Program-made: the position numbers and the translations under genes | Notes under the pieces: model-generated | Seen by the model: only the letters and a program-made list of their open reading frames with translations | The model's database searches: none | Told to the model about the DNA's origin: nothing | Source of the DNA: a virus | Length of the DNA: 64,000 nt | Direction: 5' to 3' (one strand) | Virus record (IMG/VR): IMGVR_UViG_3300024054_000269 | Span: 1-64,000 of that record | Shown: positions 26,777 through 36,331 of the stretch, piece by piece | How positions within the stretch are numbered: position 1 is the first letter of the stretch | Layout of the letters: every line of letters starts with the position of its first letter

Positions 26777-26972
26777 GTCCCAGGCCAAACAGAGAAAGTC
26801 CTCTAAGGAGGTCGGTAAAGGTGGAACGAACGATCGAAAGATTGTTCATGGCACCACGCTCTTAAATCCTCAAACTCACTGGAGAGTCTAGGCAGCAACC
26901 ATTTGGTTCGCAGGTTAATAACCAAGTCTTGACTCAATGAAGGTGAGAAAAGCCGTAGTTTGGTCCTGGGAC
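26777..26972 (+). ncRNA. Unassigned structured ncRNA (~196 nt)
   Basis: GC-richer intergenic block; 5' GTCCCAGG-CCAAAC pairs with 3' GTTTGG-T-CCTGGGAC; internal GAACGATC-GAAA-GATTGTTC hairpin; TATTGT -10 exactly 5 nt before first paired G. Confidence 0.75.
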
Positions 26973-26973
26973 G

Positions 26974-27222
26974 CTATCTTCTCCAATTTGCATGTTTAAC
27001 AACTTCTTCATGTGTTTTGTTTTCTTGTTTACAAGCAGCTTCGTATATTATCTGTAATGATGTAATGACAAACCCGCTGGCTAATGACGCATGTATGCAT
27101 TTGTCCAAAACTTCCAGAACTTGAATAGCAGTTGGCGGGTTGGACCATTTACGAATTAATTTTTTCATTGAATCATCAAGCTGATCATCTGAAGCCTCCA
27201 ATAAGAGTTGACCGAAATTCAT
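26974..27222 (-). CDS. Small hypothetical protein
   Basis: 82 aa; TAAAAT-N5-ATG. Confidence 0.6.
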   Translation of the reverse strand: MNFGQLLLEASDDQLDDSMKKLIRKWSNPPTAIQVLEVLDKCIHASLASGFVITSLQIIYEAACKQENKTHEEVVKHANWRR

Positions 27223-27260
27223 ATAATATTTTACATTAAATTTTGAATGTAAACTGAAAT

Positions 27261-27704
27261 ATGGCTAATGAATTGATCAAAACAATAGGTAAGAGGGTGT
27301 CTAAAAATTTAGTTGAAAATGTAAAAATTCGGTTAACCGAGTTGGAAGTCGAGAAAACTAAATTGTTTAATATATTGGACGTATTTAGTAATTCTGGGCA
27401 ATCGTTAAAACGAAGAAAACCACGCTCTAAAGTTAGTGCACGAAGGAAGAAATCTCGTGTCAAACAAAACACACGAAAAACCAAAAAATTAACTAAAAAG
27501 GCGCACAAGCCTGGTCAAAACGGCATGTATAATAAAGTTGTGGCTTATTTAAAAGATAATCCTGGTTCATCTCTTCAAGACATATCAAAGGCCATGAAAG
27601 GCCATACATATGGTCAAGTAACCAGTTGTATAACATACTTAAAAAAGCGTAAGCGAATTAATATTGTTTCAAGAGCAAGGCCTTTTAAATATAATGCTAA
27701 TTGA
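27261..27704 (+). CDS. Basic protein with C-terminal winged-helix-like DNA-binding region
   Basis: K/R-rich linker, then KVVAYLKDNPGSSLQDISKAM..YGQVTSCITYLKK. Confidence 0.55.
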   Translation: MANELIKTIGKRVSKNLVENVKIRLTELEVEKTKLFNILDVFSNSGQSLKRRKPRSKVSARRKKSRVKQNTRKTKKLTKKAHKPGQNGMYNKVVAYLKDNPGSSLQDISKAMKGHTYGQVTSCITYLKKRKRINIVSRARPFKYNAN

Positions 27705-27975
27705 TATGTCACAATATCCTGAACACGACAAATTACGATTGATCAGGGATAAATCTCAAGCAATCGGTGAATTTTTATCGTTACTTGGTCAACACGGTTT
27801 AACATTATGTGAATTTCATGAAAAATATAATGAGTATTTACCAACTGGTATCACAATTCAAAAGTTGTTGGCCAAACATTTTGGTATTGATTTAGTCAAA
27901 CTAGATGATGAAAAACGTGATATGCTGGACGAATTACGTAGGCTTAATGATGCTGAAGATGTAATAGACAGCTGA
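27664..27975 (+). CDS. Small hypothetical protein
   Basis: Probable start ATG 27706 (MSQYPEHDKL); ends EDVIDS. Confidence 0.55.
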   Translation: MFQEQGLLNIMLIDMSQYPEHDKLRLIRDKSQAIGEFLSLLGQHGLTLCEFHEKYNEYLPTGITIQKLLAKHFGIDLVKLDDEKRDMLDELRRLNDAEDVIDS

Positions 27976-27999
27976 GATGTAGTTATATTATTTATCAAA

Positions 28000-28221
28000 T
28001 TGTATTGTATGTCAATGGCCAAGCAAAAGTTAGAAGAATCAAAAGTAAAAATTGCTAAGTTGGCTCTTGTGTTGGTTCATCATACTAAACTTGGTGATAT
28101 GTTTAATGATATCTTACACGCACCCAATCATGATTATCGCCTTGAAGGCAATCAAAAAGAAGTCCTTAGAGAATTTCTTGAAGCTATCAAAAATTATGAA
28201 TTTTGGGAAAGCAAGGTGTGA
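28000..28221 (+). CDS. Small hypothetical protein
   Basis: Probable start ATG 28015. Confidence 0.5.
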   Translation: MYCMSMAKQKLEESKVKIAKLALVLVHHTKLGDMFNDILHAPNHDYRLEGNQKEVLREFLEAIKNYEFWESKV

Positions 28222-28241
28222 GATAATTTTAATACATTAGT

Positions 28242-28658
28242 TTGATGGAAATGTCAACAGAGTCTAAATTTGCATTCGTAGCAGCTAGAGTTGCCAACGT
28301 TGGTCTAACTATTGCCAGAAAAAACAATAAGAAAACAACGAAAAAAAACAAGAAACCGGTTAAACCAAAGCCAGAAAAACCTGTAAAAGTTTCAAAGCCA
28401 AAAATCTCTGAAACTGACATAACCACGCCTTTTACTGAATTTTCTTGCAGAGCTGATATTTCTCTTAGTATGGATTTTGAAGGTCAAGCTTCAAAACAAA
28501 ATTTGGTGAATGCTGTTAAAAATGAAATTAATGCAACTATTAAAGAAACTGCCGTGTCAATAGCACGTGGTTTTCAACTAAATTTAACAAATATAACCGT
28601 TGGTCCAATGACAGTGGAGTGTGCTGTTACTGATTCTTTGAGTGGTGGAGAAGAATGA
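28242..28658 (+). CDS. Hypothetical protein
   Basis: 138 aa, Lys/Pro-rich linker. Confidence 0.6.
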   Translation: MMEMSTESKFAFVAARVANVGLTIARKNNKKTTKKNKKPVKPKPEKPVKVSKPKISETDITTPFTEFSCRADISLSMDFEGQASKQNLVNAVKNEINATIKETAVSIARGFQLNLTNITVGPMTVECAVTDSLSGGEE

Positions 28659-28707
28659 AATAATTTCAATTAAATTTGTTTAATTGCCAACTGTATAGTG
28701 TACGACA

Positions 28708-29001
28708 ATGGAAAAGAAAAATATAAAACTTGAAGATAAAGCATTTGAACATATTAAGCGTATAGACGCATCGATGCGTCATCATGCTACCCAGTATACT
28801 CAAGCTTCTGCGTATGCCCAAAAGCTTCTCATAACTTATATGTCAATGGAAGAAGCAAAGGTGACTTTTGTTTCTGAACAAATTAAAAAACACGGCATAG
28901 ACCAGGCTAAAGTTATTGGAGCAACCGTCAATTCCGACGGAACGGTTGACATTGAGTTAATGGATACGCCAGACAATAAAGAAATTCAACCTGTCGTTTA
29001 A
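28708..29001 (+). CDS. Hypothetical protein
   Basis: 97 aa. Confidence 0.6.
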   Translation: MEKKNIKLEDKAFEHIKRIDASMRHHATQYTQASAYAQKLLITYMSMEEAKVTFVSEQIKKHGIDQAKVIGATVNSDGTVDIELMDTPDNKEIQPVV

Positions 29002-29033
29002 TTTTGTACTCCTAATGGTTTATTATATCTAGG

Positions 29034-30383
29034 ATGCCAGGTCCTAGGGACAGAGACGTAATTAGAGATGACGTACCTCTAATTCTTGAAAATGAAGACT
29101 CAGCATACCCATTACCACCACTAAATATCCAGTGTTTTTCTTCCTTTCAAAAGGGATCTTATGATATTAGATGGTCTGATCCATCGGTTTTGTGTTCTAA
29201 CACAAAATTCAGTCTCATAGGTGTTAATGTATATAGGAGTTTTGATTCTGAATTTGGCCCTTTTATTAGATTGACACCAGTTCCAATCGGAACAACATTC
29301 TATAGAGATAGAACTGAGGTTACGGTCGCTCTTCAAGAAGATGTATCTAATTCATTCATAGCGCGCGGTGCGACTAAAGATGTTTATGGTAGATACATTT
29401 TCAGAGTTAAAAATGTGCCTATATTTGTTGAGCAATACCCTGGCATAACTGATTGCGAAAATTTGAGTGTCTTTGTTACTGTCAACAATATACAAGCAAC
29501 AGTTTCAGGACTTGACTCGGCAACCGGTGAAATTGAATTAAAAAATACCTCAAATTATGACGTTGCAAACCATAAAAAAACTTCACCAATATTACCAATT
29601 AATAACAATGACGTTGTTCTTTGCACATACAAATATATAAAAAACTTTGTTAAAAGTGATCTGCACGCTAGAATATTTTATAGGATAACGTCTGTTGCTG
29701 TTGATAATGAAACTGGTGAATTGGTTGAGACACCGTTAGACAAATCAGCAAGAACCAATAATTTGGAAGTTGAAAAATTAGATTGGATTTGGAGGGAGGC
29801 TGTAAGAAGAAATTCTTGGATATTGGATCAAGGCGGCGAACGTGTGAAGGTCTTTCTCAGAAAGACTGTCGGTGTTTTGTGTGGTTGTGTAACTGATTTA
29901 CATAAACAAGGAAAATCTGACTGTTTAAATTGTTTTGGAACACGTTATATTGGCGGGTTCGAAGGCCCCTTTAATATAATAATAGCACCTGACGACGGAG
30001 AAAAAGCGGTACGCCAAACGAATAGAGGCAGAACGCAAGATCATTCGTATGATACTTGGACTTACCCGAGCCCATTATTATCACAACGTGATTTTTTGGT
30101 TAAATTGAATGGTGATAGATATGCAATAGGACCAGTTCGTATGCCAAGCAACAGGGGCATGCAACTTCAACAATTCTTTTCAATTTCATCATTAGATGAA
30201 GAAGATATAAGATTTAAAGTCCCAATAATTGATCCGTTTGATCTTCCATACCCAAGAACAATCCATGTTGACCGTCAACACAGTGACTCTTACCCAATTA
30301 TGACGGATGCTGATGCCATTCCAGATGAAAGAGAGATACGAGGAAACACAGTTACACATGTTAATCATATTAGACGGTCATAA
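29034..30383 (+). CDS. Putative neck/head-closure protein
   Basis: 449 aa; C-terminal CGC..DCLNCFGT and beta-barrel-like TWTYPSPLLSQRDFLV..RYAIG region; sits at start of structural block. Confidence 0.5.
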   Translation: MPGPRDRDVIRDDVPLILENEDSAYPLPPLNIQCFSSFQKGSYDIRWSDPSVLCSNTKFSLIGVNVYRSFDSEFGPFIRLTPVPIGTTFYRDRTEVTVALQEDVSNSFIARGATKDVYGRYIFRVKNVPIFVEQYPGITDCENLSVFVTVNNIQATVSGLDSATGEIELKNTSNYDVANHKKTSPILPINNNDVVLCTYKYIKNFVKSDLHARIFYRITSVAVDNETGELVETPLDKSARTNNLEVEKLDWIWREAVRRNSWILDQGGERVKVFLRKTVGVLCGCVTDLHKQGKSDCLNCFGTRYIGGFEGPFNIIIAPDDGEKAVRQTNRGRTQDHSYDTWTYPSPLLSQRDFLVKLNGDRYAIGPVRMPSNRGMQLQQFFSISSLDEEDIRFKVPIIDPFDLPYPRTIHVDRQHSDSYPIMTDADAIPDEREIRGNTVTHVNHIRRS

Positions 30384-30988
30384 TGGTTGACTACACAACA
30401 ACTGTAGAAGCATTGGTTAACCGTGCAATTGTTCAGGTTACTGATGATATAGCAACAGAGGGACTTAAAGCCCTTCGAAGAATTTTGATTAAATCTGGAT
30501 TTTTAGAATCAGAACATTTAAAAAATTTTGAACTTTCGGCCGATATTTCTGGTGGTGTTATTACATTTAATATTACCATTGAAGCTGAAGCCATTGAAAT
30601 GGATGAAAAAGAACAAAAAGAACAAAAAGAACGAGAACAAAAGTTAAATGAAACAAAATCGATGCACAAAGTCGTTGAACATGCTATTAGAAGTTATAAA
30701 CTAGTTGGTGGAAGAGTTGTTAAGATTGGTGATTCCAGGTCAACGGCTGCTGATCGAATGGCTGCTCACACGGTTGCGCTTAGAAACCCACGTGGAATGA
30801 AAATTACACCAACTGGTAAATTGTTTATTTCTTTGAAGAAGAGTTTAAAAAAACTTGACACTAGAAAATTCAGATACCCAAAAAAAGGACCAGAAGGTAT
30901 ATCAAAAAATATAATAGATGAAATTACAAAAGTAGTGTTAAAAGAATTTTCACCTGAAATAATAAAAATAGCCAAGAGATTGATATGA
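30383..30988 (+). CDS. Hypothetical protein in virion morphogenesis block
   Basis: 201 aa, coupled to previous gene. Confidence 0.55.
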   Translation: MVDYTTTVEALVNRAIVQVTDDIATEGLKALRRILIKSGFLESEHLKNFELSADISGGVITFNITIEAEAIEMDEKEQKEQKEREQKLNETKSMHKVVEHAIRSYKLVGGRVVKIGDSRSTAADRMAAHTVALRNPRGMKITPTGKLFISLKKSLKKLDTRKFRYPKKGPEGISKNIIDEITKVVLKEFSPEIIKIAKRLI

Positions 30989-31569
30989 GATTATGTAAAA
31001 TAACAAACTTGGTAAATTATGCAATATCTGTTGAAGATATAGGCGTAATGTTACCAGGAAGGGGAAGCTCATGCATAGTTGAATTAGAAGCTGCTAATAA
31101 ATCTATAAATTTGTTAGAAAAAGTAAGATTAAAGCAAGTATTAGCTAAACCAGTTCAGCCAATCATGAGTGTGTGGCCATTCATAAAACGACAGCCAGAA
31201 CCTGTCGCAAAAGTTGAACAAATCGTACCTGTTCAAAAAGTTGAACAAACAAACAAAATTATGGAGGATAAATTTGATCAATTGAATCAACAAGTTAATA
31301 AATTAGTAGAATTGATTGGTAGTGGCGTTTCGATTTTATCATCTATTCCGCAAATTCAAACCGTTCAAACTCAAATTGCCACACAAATTCAATCTCAAAC
31401 AATTAAAGAAAACGAACTAAAAGTTAATATGCAAGAACCTATGTTTATACCAAGTAAAATAATTCCAGATGATGCGAAGGCAAATGTAAAAATTTCTAAG
31501 AGTGAAATTAAAACTGACGTTGACTCTAGCGTTGATGCTTTGAAAAAATTAAAAAAACGTCAGTTTTAA
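30985..31569 (+). CDS. Hypothetical protein
   Basis: 194 aa, ATGA overlap. Confidence 0.55.
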   Translation: MRLCKITNLVNYAISVEDIGVMLPGRGSSCIVELEAANKSINLLEKVRLKQVLAKPVQPIMSVWPFIKRQPEPVAKVEQIVPVQKVEQTNKIMEDKFDQLNQQVNKLVELIGSGVSILSSIPQIQTVQTQIATQIQSQTIKENELKVNMQEPMFIPSKIIPDDAKANVKISKSEIKTDVDSSVDALKKLKKRQF

Positions 31570-31600
31570 TTTAGTGTATAGTATTGAATTAGAGGTTTAG

Positions 31601-32611
31601 ATGTCAAAAGAGAATTCTGATAAAGTTGAACACGGCGTTGCAGTTGATATAGGTACAATGTTCATAGTTGGTGCCCGTCGTATTGGTAAGAAGGTCATAA
31701 CGTCAAGAATAAGGGATGCTTTTATTGATTTACCGCCAGAGCATAGACGAATGCTCAAGCTGTCAAACACAGCTTTCGCAGAAATTGATGGTCGTTTAAT
31801 AGTTGTTGGAGATGACGCACTGAATACCGCCAATCTTTTAAATAGAGAAATTAGAAGACCACTTCAAGGCGGTTTAATTTCGGCTGGAGAACTTGATGCG
31901 CAAACTGTAATAGCAATTATGATGAAACAAATTTTAGGTGAACCTAAAAAATCGGGCGAAAAGTGTTGTTATTCAGTGCCAGCTATGGCAGTTGACGTTA
32001 ATGGGTCTGATGTTACATACCATAGCGCAATTTTAGGCAAGATTCTTAGCGAACTTGGGTTTTCACCTGAACCTGCGAATGAAGCTATAGCCATAATTTA
32101 TTCTGAGTGTGCAGCTGAGAACTTTTGTGGTCTTGGAATAAGCTACGGAAGCGGTATGACAAACGTTTGTTTAGCTTATAATGCTATGTCGGCTTTGGAA
32201 TTTAGTTTAGGTCGTGGTGGTGACTTTATTGACAATGGAGCAGCAAAAGCTGTTGGGTCGACCAAAGCTAAAATGTGTGCTTTAAAAGAAAGTGGTATTG
32301 ACATAACTTCACCAAAAACTCGTGAAGAGGAAGCAATAGCTCTTTATATACAAACTTTAATTGATTACACAATAGATAACATCATACAACAATTTGTGAA
32401 AGTTAAAAGCGAACTCTTAGTTCCAAAACCAATCCCTATAATTGTGTCTGGTGGAACTTCTTTGGCAGGTGGATTTTTAGGTAAATTTAAGGAAAGATTT
32501 GAGCAGAAGAAAGAAAAATTTCCAATACAAATTTCAGAAATACGCCCAGCTAACGACCCGATGACTGCTGTTGCAACTGGACTATTAGTTTTGTCGCAGA
32601 TGGAGGATTAG
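31601..32611 (+). CDS. Actin-like (ASKHA/MreB-like) ATPase
   Basis: Phosphate-1 VAVDIGT, phosphate-2-like SYGSGMT, adenosine IIVSGGTSLAGGF, connect-2 DPMTAVATG. Confidence 0.75.
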   Translation: MSKENSDKVEHGVAVDIGTMFIVGARRIGKKVITSRIRDAFIDLPPEHRRMLKLSNTAFAEIDGRLIVVGDDALNTANLLNREIRRPLQGGLISAGELDAQTVIAIMMKQILGEPKKSGEKCCYSVPAMAVDVNGSDVTYHSAILGKILSELGFSPEPANEAIAIIYSECAAENFCGLGISYGSGMTNVCLAYNAMSALEFSLGRGGDFIDNGAAKAVGSTKAKMCALKESGIDITSPKTREEEAIALYIQTLIDYTIDNIIQQFVKVKSELLVPKPIPIIVSGGTSLAGGFLGKFKERFEQKKEKFPIQISEIRPANDPMTAVATGLLVLSQMED

Positions 32612-32634
32612 TCCTTTTGTATTGAATAATTTAT

Positions 32635-32892
32635 ATGGCAAATTTTGGAATTAAGGGTATTAAGGTGTTAAAATCTGTTGAACCAGCTGCGCCCCAACAA
32701 GTGGTGCCTGTTCCGGAACCAGTAGTACAGACTGTCCACGCACCAGTTGAAGAGTCAGTTAATTCATCAGATCAGGATGAAGCAGAAAGTTCTGAAGAAG
32801 AAGAGGAAGAAGAAGAGGAAGAAACTAAGTCCGAAAAGCCAAAACGCGCAAGAGGTAAAGGCGGGAAATTCTTGCCAAAGAAGTCTAAATAA
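32635..32892 (+). CDS. Small low-complexity acidic/basic protein
   Basis: Poly-Glu tract, C-terminal RARGKGGKFLPKK. Confidence 0.6.
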   Translation: MANFGIKGIKVLKSVEPAAPQQVVPVPEPVVQTVHAPVEESVNSSDQDEAESSEEEEEEEEEETKSEKPKRARGKGGKFLPKKSK

Positions 32893-32904
32893 TAAAGGCG
32901 TATT

Positions 32905-34116
32905 TTGTCTTATACTTGGTTAACAAGTGCTACTAAGAAGCGAGTAATCCGAGAATTACGAAAAATATTAGAAAAGCACCCGCGCTATAGATCATCAGCA
33001 CAAAACGTACAGGATAAATATTCATTTGATGAACGTCCGCAACGTGGGATAATTATAAATTCGACATCTGCAGACAGAGTTAGATTATCAGCAGACAATT
33101 ATATTGGAAGGATGATATCATTTGTTCAACTTGCAAAGGTTGGAGATGCTCCTAGTACAACTATTGAATGGGTCCGTGAAAATCAAGGCCATTTAGAAGA
33201 AATTTCACCTAAACGTAATATTTTCCCAACTCAATCAGGTGTTTACGTCGTTGAAGTCCTCAAAATACCAGACGAACCTGGCAACGTTCCTGGTCAGTTT
33301 ACTATTGATCCAATATTGACTATTATAAACGAACCATTAATAACTTTTAGTACTTCAGATGATAATGATGCACAATTATCAAATGTTAACATTTATCCAG
33401 GTTCAGTTCGTCTTTGGTTAGATCAGAAACGAATGTTAGTCGAGAATGTTGACTACATAGTTGATGTTGAAACAGGTTTAATACAATTTTTAAAAGAAAC
33501 GCCAACTGGCGGAATTATATTTGCTGATTACAGATACATAACGCCAAAACTTGGGCCATTCAATTTTAGATTTGAAGAGTTTAATGTGACGGCTTTACCA
33601 GGCGTTGTCATAGCTTTTGGTGATAGAGCTGAAAAATGTGATAAACAAGCAATAGTTATAACCGACGAAAGGACTGAGACTGCTGAAATTTATGGTGGAA
33701 AGTTTGAGGTTGCGCTCGAACTTTTAGTGTTTACAAGAGATTCAGAAGATCGTAACAAAATGGCAGATTTTGTTATTACTGAATTTCTAAACATTCAAAA
33801 TATGCTTGGATTCGAAGGTATTGAATTAATTGATATTTCGCCTGGCGGAGAAGTGGAAGAAATATACAATGAAACTGATGACTCATATTATTATGATACT
33901 CCAATATCACTCTCTTTAAGAGTTGATTGGGAAACCCATGTTCCATTGCCAATAAATATTGATAGAATTGAAATGACATCAAAGGCTATTGAAGATGAAA
34001 GAGGATATCTTGACGGGTCAGCAATAATTGATTTGATTAGAGTTGGGAGTATGTCCCAAATTATCGGACATTATACCTCAATCGGAAAAGGGATTTCTTA
34101 CGAAAGAATATTGTAG
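32905..34116 (+). CDS. Putative tail completion/neck protein
   Basis: 403 aa, upstream of sheath; DYIVDVETGLIQF Ig-like segment. Confidence 0.45.
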   Translation: MSYTWLTSATKKRVIRELRKILEKHPRYRSSAQNVQDKYSFDERPQRGIIINSTSADRVRLSADNYIGRMISFVQLAKVGDAPSTTIEWVRENQGHLEEISPKRNIFPTQSGVYVVEVLKIPDEPGNVPGQFTIDPILTIINEPLITFSTSDDNDAQLSNVNIYPGSVRLWLDQKRMLVENVDYIVDVETGLIQFLKETPTGGIIFADYRYITPKLGPFNFRFEEFNVTALPGVVIAFGDRAEKCDKQAIVITDERTETAEIYGGKFEVALELLVFTRDSEDRNKMADFVITEFLNIQNMLGFEGIELIDISPGGEVEEIYNETDDSYYYDTPISLSLRVDWETHVPLPINIDRIEMTSKAIEDERGYLDGSAIIDLIRVGSMSQIIGHYTSIGKGISYERIL

Positions 34117-34241
34117 CATTTTGTAACCTGTAACATCAAATCAAACGGTTCCTAATTCAACAAGACAAAATCAACAGGTACACAGATTAGTGACTTTGTT
34201 CAATTGTTTTAAGCTGTATAGTCCTTATAGGAGTTTACAAA

Positions 34242-34643
34242 ACGCCTTCATACGAATATGAATGTGGTGGTTGTGGGTACACTTTCGAAGAATTGCATTT
34301 AACTATATCTGACGCAAAGAAGTATGAAAAAGAATTTAACTGTCCAGAGTGTGGTGATTTAGCTATTAGAATAATGTCTGCAACAAATTTTACTTTTAAA
34401 ACTGGGAAAACCCCAGGGAACTCTGGTGTGTATGGCATTGATTATAATGCTGATATAGCTGTTGGCAGATCAGCAGCTAAAAAATGGGAAAAAGTAAACC
34501 AAGAAAAAAATGAAAAAGATAAGGCTAGGAAAGAATTTGGCACAAATGCACTCAGAAAAACTGAAAATGGTTATGCTCCATTAACAAAAGAACAATCAGT
34601 ATTAAGAGATAAAGCATTTACTATGTTGAAAAAACCGAAATAA
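34242..34643 (+). CDS. FmdB-family zinc-ribbon protein, apparent ACG start codon
   Basis: ACG-CCT-TCA-TAC-GAA-TAT-GAA-TGT = (M)PSYEYECGGCG..CPECG; AGGAG 8 nt upstream; no in-frame ATG/GTG/TTG back to stop at 34191. Confidence 0.7.
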   Translation, partial: TPSYEYECGGCGYTFEELHLTISDAKKYEKEFNCPECGDLAIRIMSATNFTFKTGKTPGNSGVYGIDYNADIAVGRSAAKKWEKVNQEKNEKDKARKEFGTNALRKTENGYAPLTKEQSVLRDKAFTMLKKPK

Positions 34644-34683
34644 TTTCATTTATAATTTTACTTTTATTGATCCGTATAGTTTA

Positions 34684-36237
34684 GTGATGCTTACGCCAGT
34701 ACCTGGTCAAAACCTGCCATCAAGAGGTTCCAACAAGTTAATTTATTTTGATTGTTCATGTGGCAGGAAAAACAATGCAATAAAATGGAAATATTACACG
34801 CTTGGTCACACAAAAACATGCGGAAAATGTGGTCTAAAACCAGTTAGTTTTTGGGAAAATTCAAAATTTGGAAAGCTTAAATTAAAAGAACCGATTGAAA
34901 CTTATGAATTCTCAAATAAGAAAGCTGATTGGGTTTGTGATTGTGGCAATACAACTAGAGTTCAAATAAATTTAGTAACAACTGGAAACACAAACTCTTG
35001 TGGTAAATGCAATGTTCATGTTGCTTCTTATTGGGAAAATTCAAAATTTGGGAAATTAAAGTTAAAAACGCCAATTAATATTCACAAATTTTCTGGCCAA
35101 AAAGCTGATTGGGTTTGTGATTGTGGTAGAGAAGCAAATATTATAATCCACAATGTAACAAGAGGCCTTCAAAAAACATGTGGTAAATGCAATTTGTTAA
35201 GTGCTGAAGATTTAGCAAACAAAAAATTTGGAAAATTGAAAATAAAAACTCCGACAGTTATTGATCTTATTTTAAACACAGAAAAACCAATTCGTACGTT
35301 GTGTCTTTCGTGTGGAAATGAATATAAACCTGTACTAAACAATGTAAGACTTGGCAGATCTTTAACTTGTGGGTGTTCATCAAAAATTTCATCTTCACAA
35401 ATTGACATAGCAAATTTTATCAAATCGTTTGGTGTTGGCGTTGTTTCTGAATATAAGATTGACGGATTAAAATATGACATTTTTGTTCCAGATGTTAATC
35501 TATTGATTGAATATAATGGTCTAAAATGTCATTCGATGCCAGAGTCAAAAAAGAGAGACATATTTAAATATCAAAATGCACTAAATAATGATTTCGATTA
35601 TATCATGATTTTTGGGGATGAATGGCTGAGAAATAAACAGAAAGTTAAAAATTACTTAATTAACAGACTTTGTTTGGGCAGACCAAAGTCTGTTAGACCA
35701 TCTAAATGTTCAATAAACAATATAAACTCAGATTTGGTTAACGAATTTTATGAAAAATTCCATTATATAGGTGCTGTTAAAGCCAAAATAAATTATGGTG
35801 TGTTTTTTGATGGCAGACTTATTGCGTGTGTTTCTTTTAAACGACCAACTAGGCAATCAAAATACGACTATGAATTGATTCGAATGGCTTCTGACCCAGA
35901 ATTTAGGATTCATGGTATTTGGTCAAAAATCATAAAACAATTTTTATCTAATAATGAGTGTTCTTCAATTGTTTCTTTCTCAGACAATCGACTTTTCTCA
36001 GGGAAAGTTTATGAAAAAATTGGTTTCAAATTTGATGGTGAAATTCGACCTGATTATTATTGGGTAAAAGGTAACAGACGATTTCACAAGTCAGGTCTTA
36101 GGAAAAAAGATTATGAAAAGACATCAGGGTTTACTGAGTACCAGCTCCGTGAATCACAGGGGTATTCTAGAATTTGGGATTTAGGAAAGAAGCGTTGGGT
36201 TTTTGACTGTAATCAAGCCTTTAATTCAACAATTTAA
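34684..36237 (+). CDS. Zn-ribbon repeats + PD-(D/E)XK (Hef-like) endonuclease + GNAT-like domain
   Basis: Repeated WVCDCG / CGKC; YDIFVP..LLIEYNG; YELIRMA, VSFSDNR, YEKIGF, RIWDLG. Confidence 0.7.
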   Translation: MMLTPVPGQNLPSRGSNKLIYFDCSCGRKNNAIKWKYYTLGHTKTCGKCGLKPVSFWENSKFGKLKLKEPIETYEFSNKKADWVCDCGNTTRVQINLVTTGNTNSCGKCNVHVASYWENSKFGKLKLKTPINIHKFSGQKADWVCDCGREANIIIHNVTRGLQKTCGKCNLLSAEDLANKKFGKLKIKTPTVIDLILNTEKPIRTLCLSCGNEYKPVLNNVRLGRSLTCGCSSKISSSQIDIANFIKSFGVGVVSEYKIDGLKYDIFVPDVNLLIEYNGLKCHSMPESKKRDIFKYQNALNNDFDYIMIFGDEWLRNKQKVKNYLINRLCLGRPKSVRPSKCSINNINSDLVNEFYEKFHYIGAVKAKINYGVFFDGRLIACVSFKRPTRQSKYDYELIRMASDPEFRIHGIWSKIIKQFLSNNECSSIVSFSDNRLFSGKVYEKIGFKFDGEIRPDYYWVKGNRRFHKSGLRKKDYEKTSGFTEYQLRESQGYSRIWDLGKKRWVFDCNQAFNSTI

Positions 36238-36331
36238 ATTGAGGTCCAACCTCAAAAACATATACATAAACTAGTAATTTTCAATAAACACATACGTAGA
36301 CACAAATGGCTTCTGTGAAAGAGGTTAGACC

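Noticed and set aside
26777-26972. Calling the ncRNA RNase P RNA, a group I intron or the effector's tracrRNA
   Set aside because: GAGAAAGTCC resembles RNase P CR-I but there is no P2/P3 before it and no P4 partner; no clear P7 elements; no anti-repeat longer than ~6 nt
36132-36144. 12/13 match of mini-spacer 3 (TACTGAGTACAAG) to TACTGAGTACCAG in the nuclease-GNAT gene
   Set aside because: Rough chance expectation for five queries over both strands is about 0.4 hits, and the 5' flank is GTT rather than TTN; I found no convincing in-window target by eye, and the search was not exhaustive
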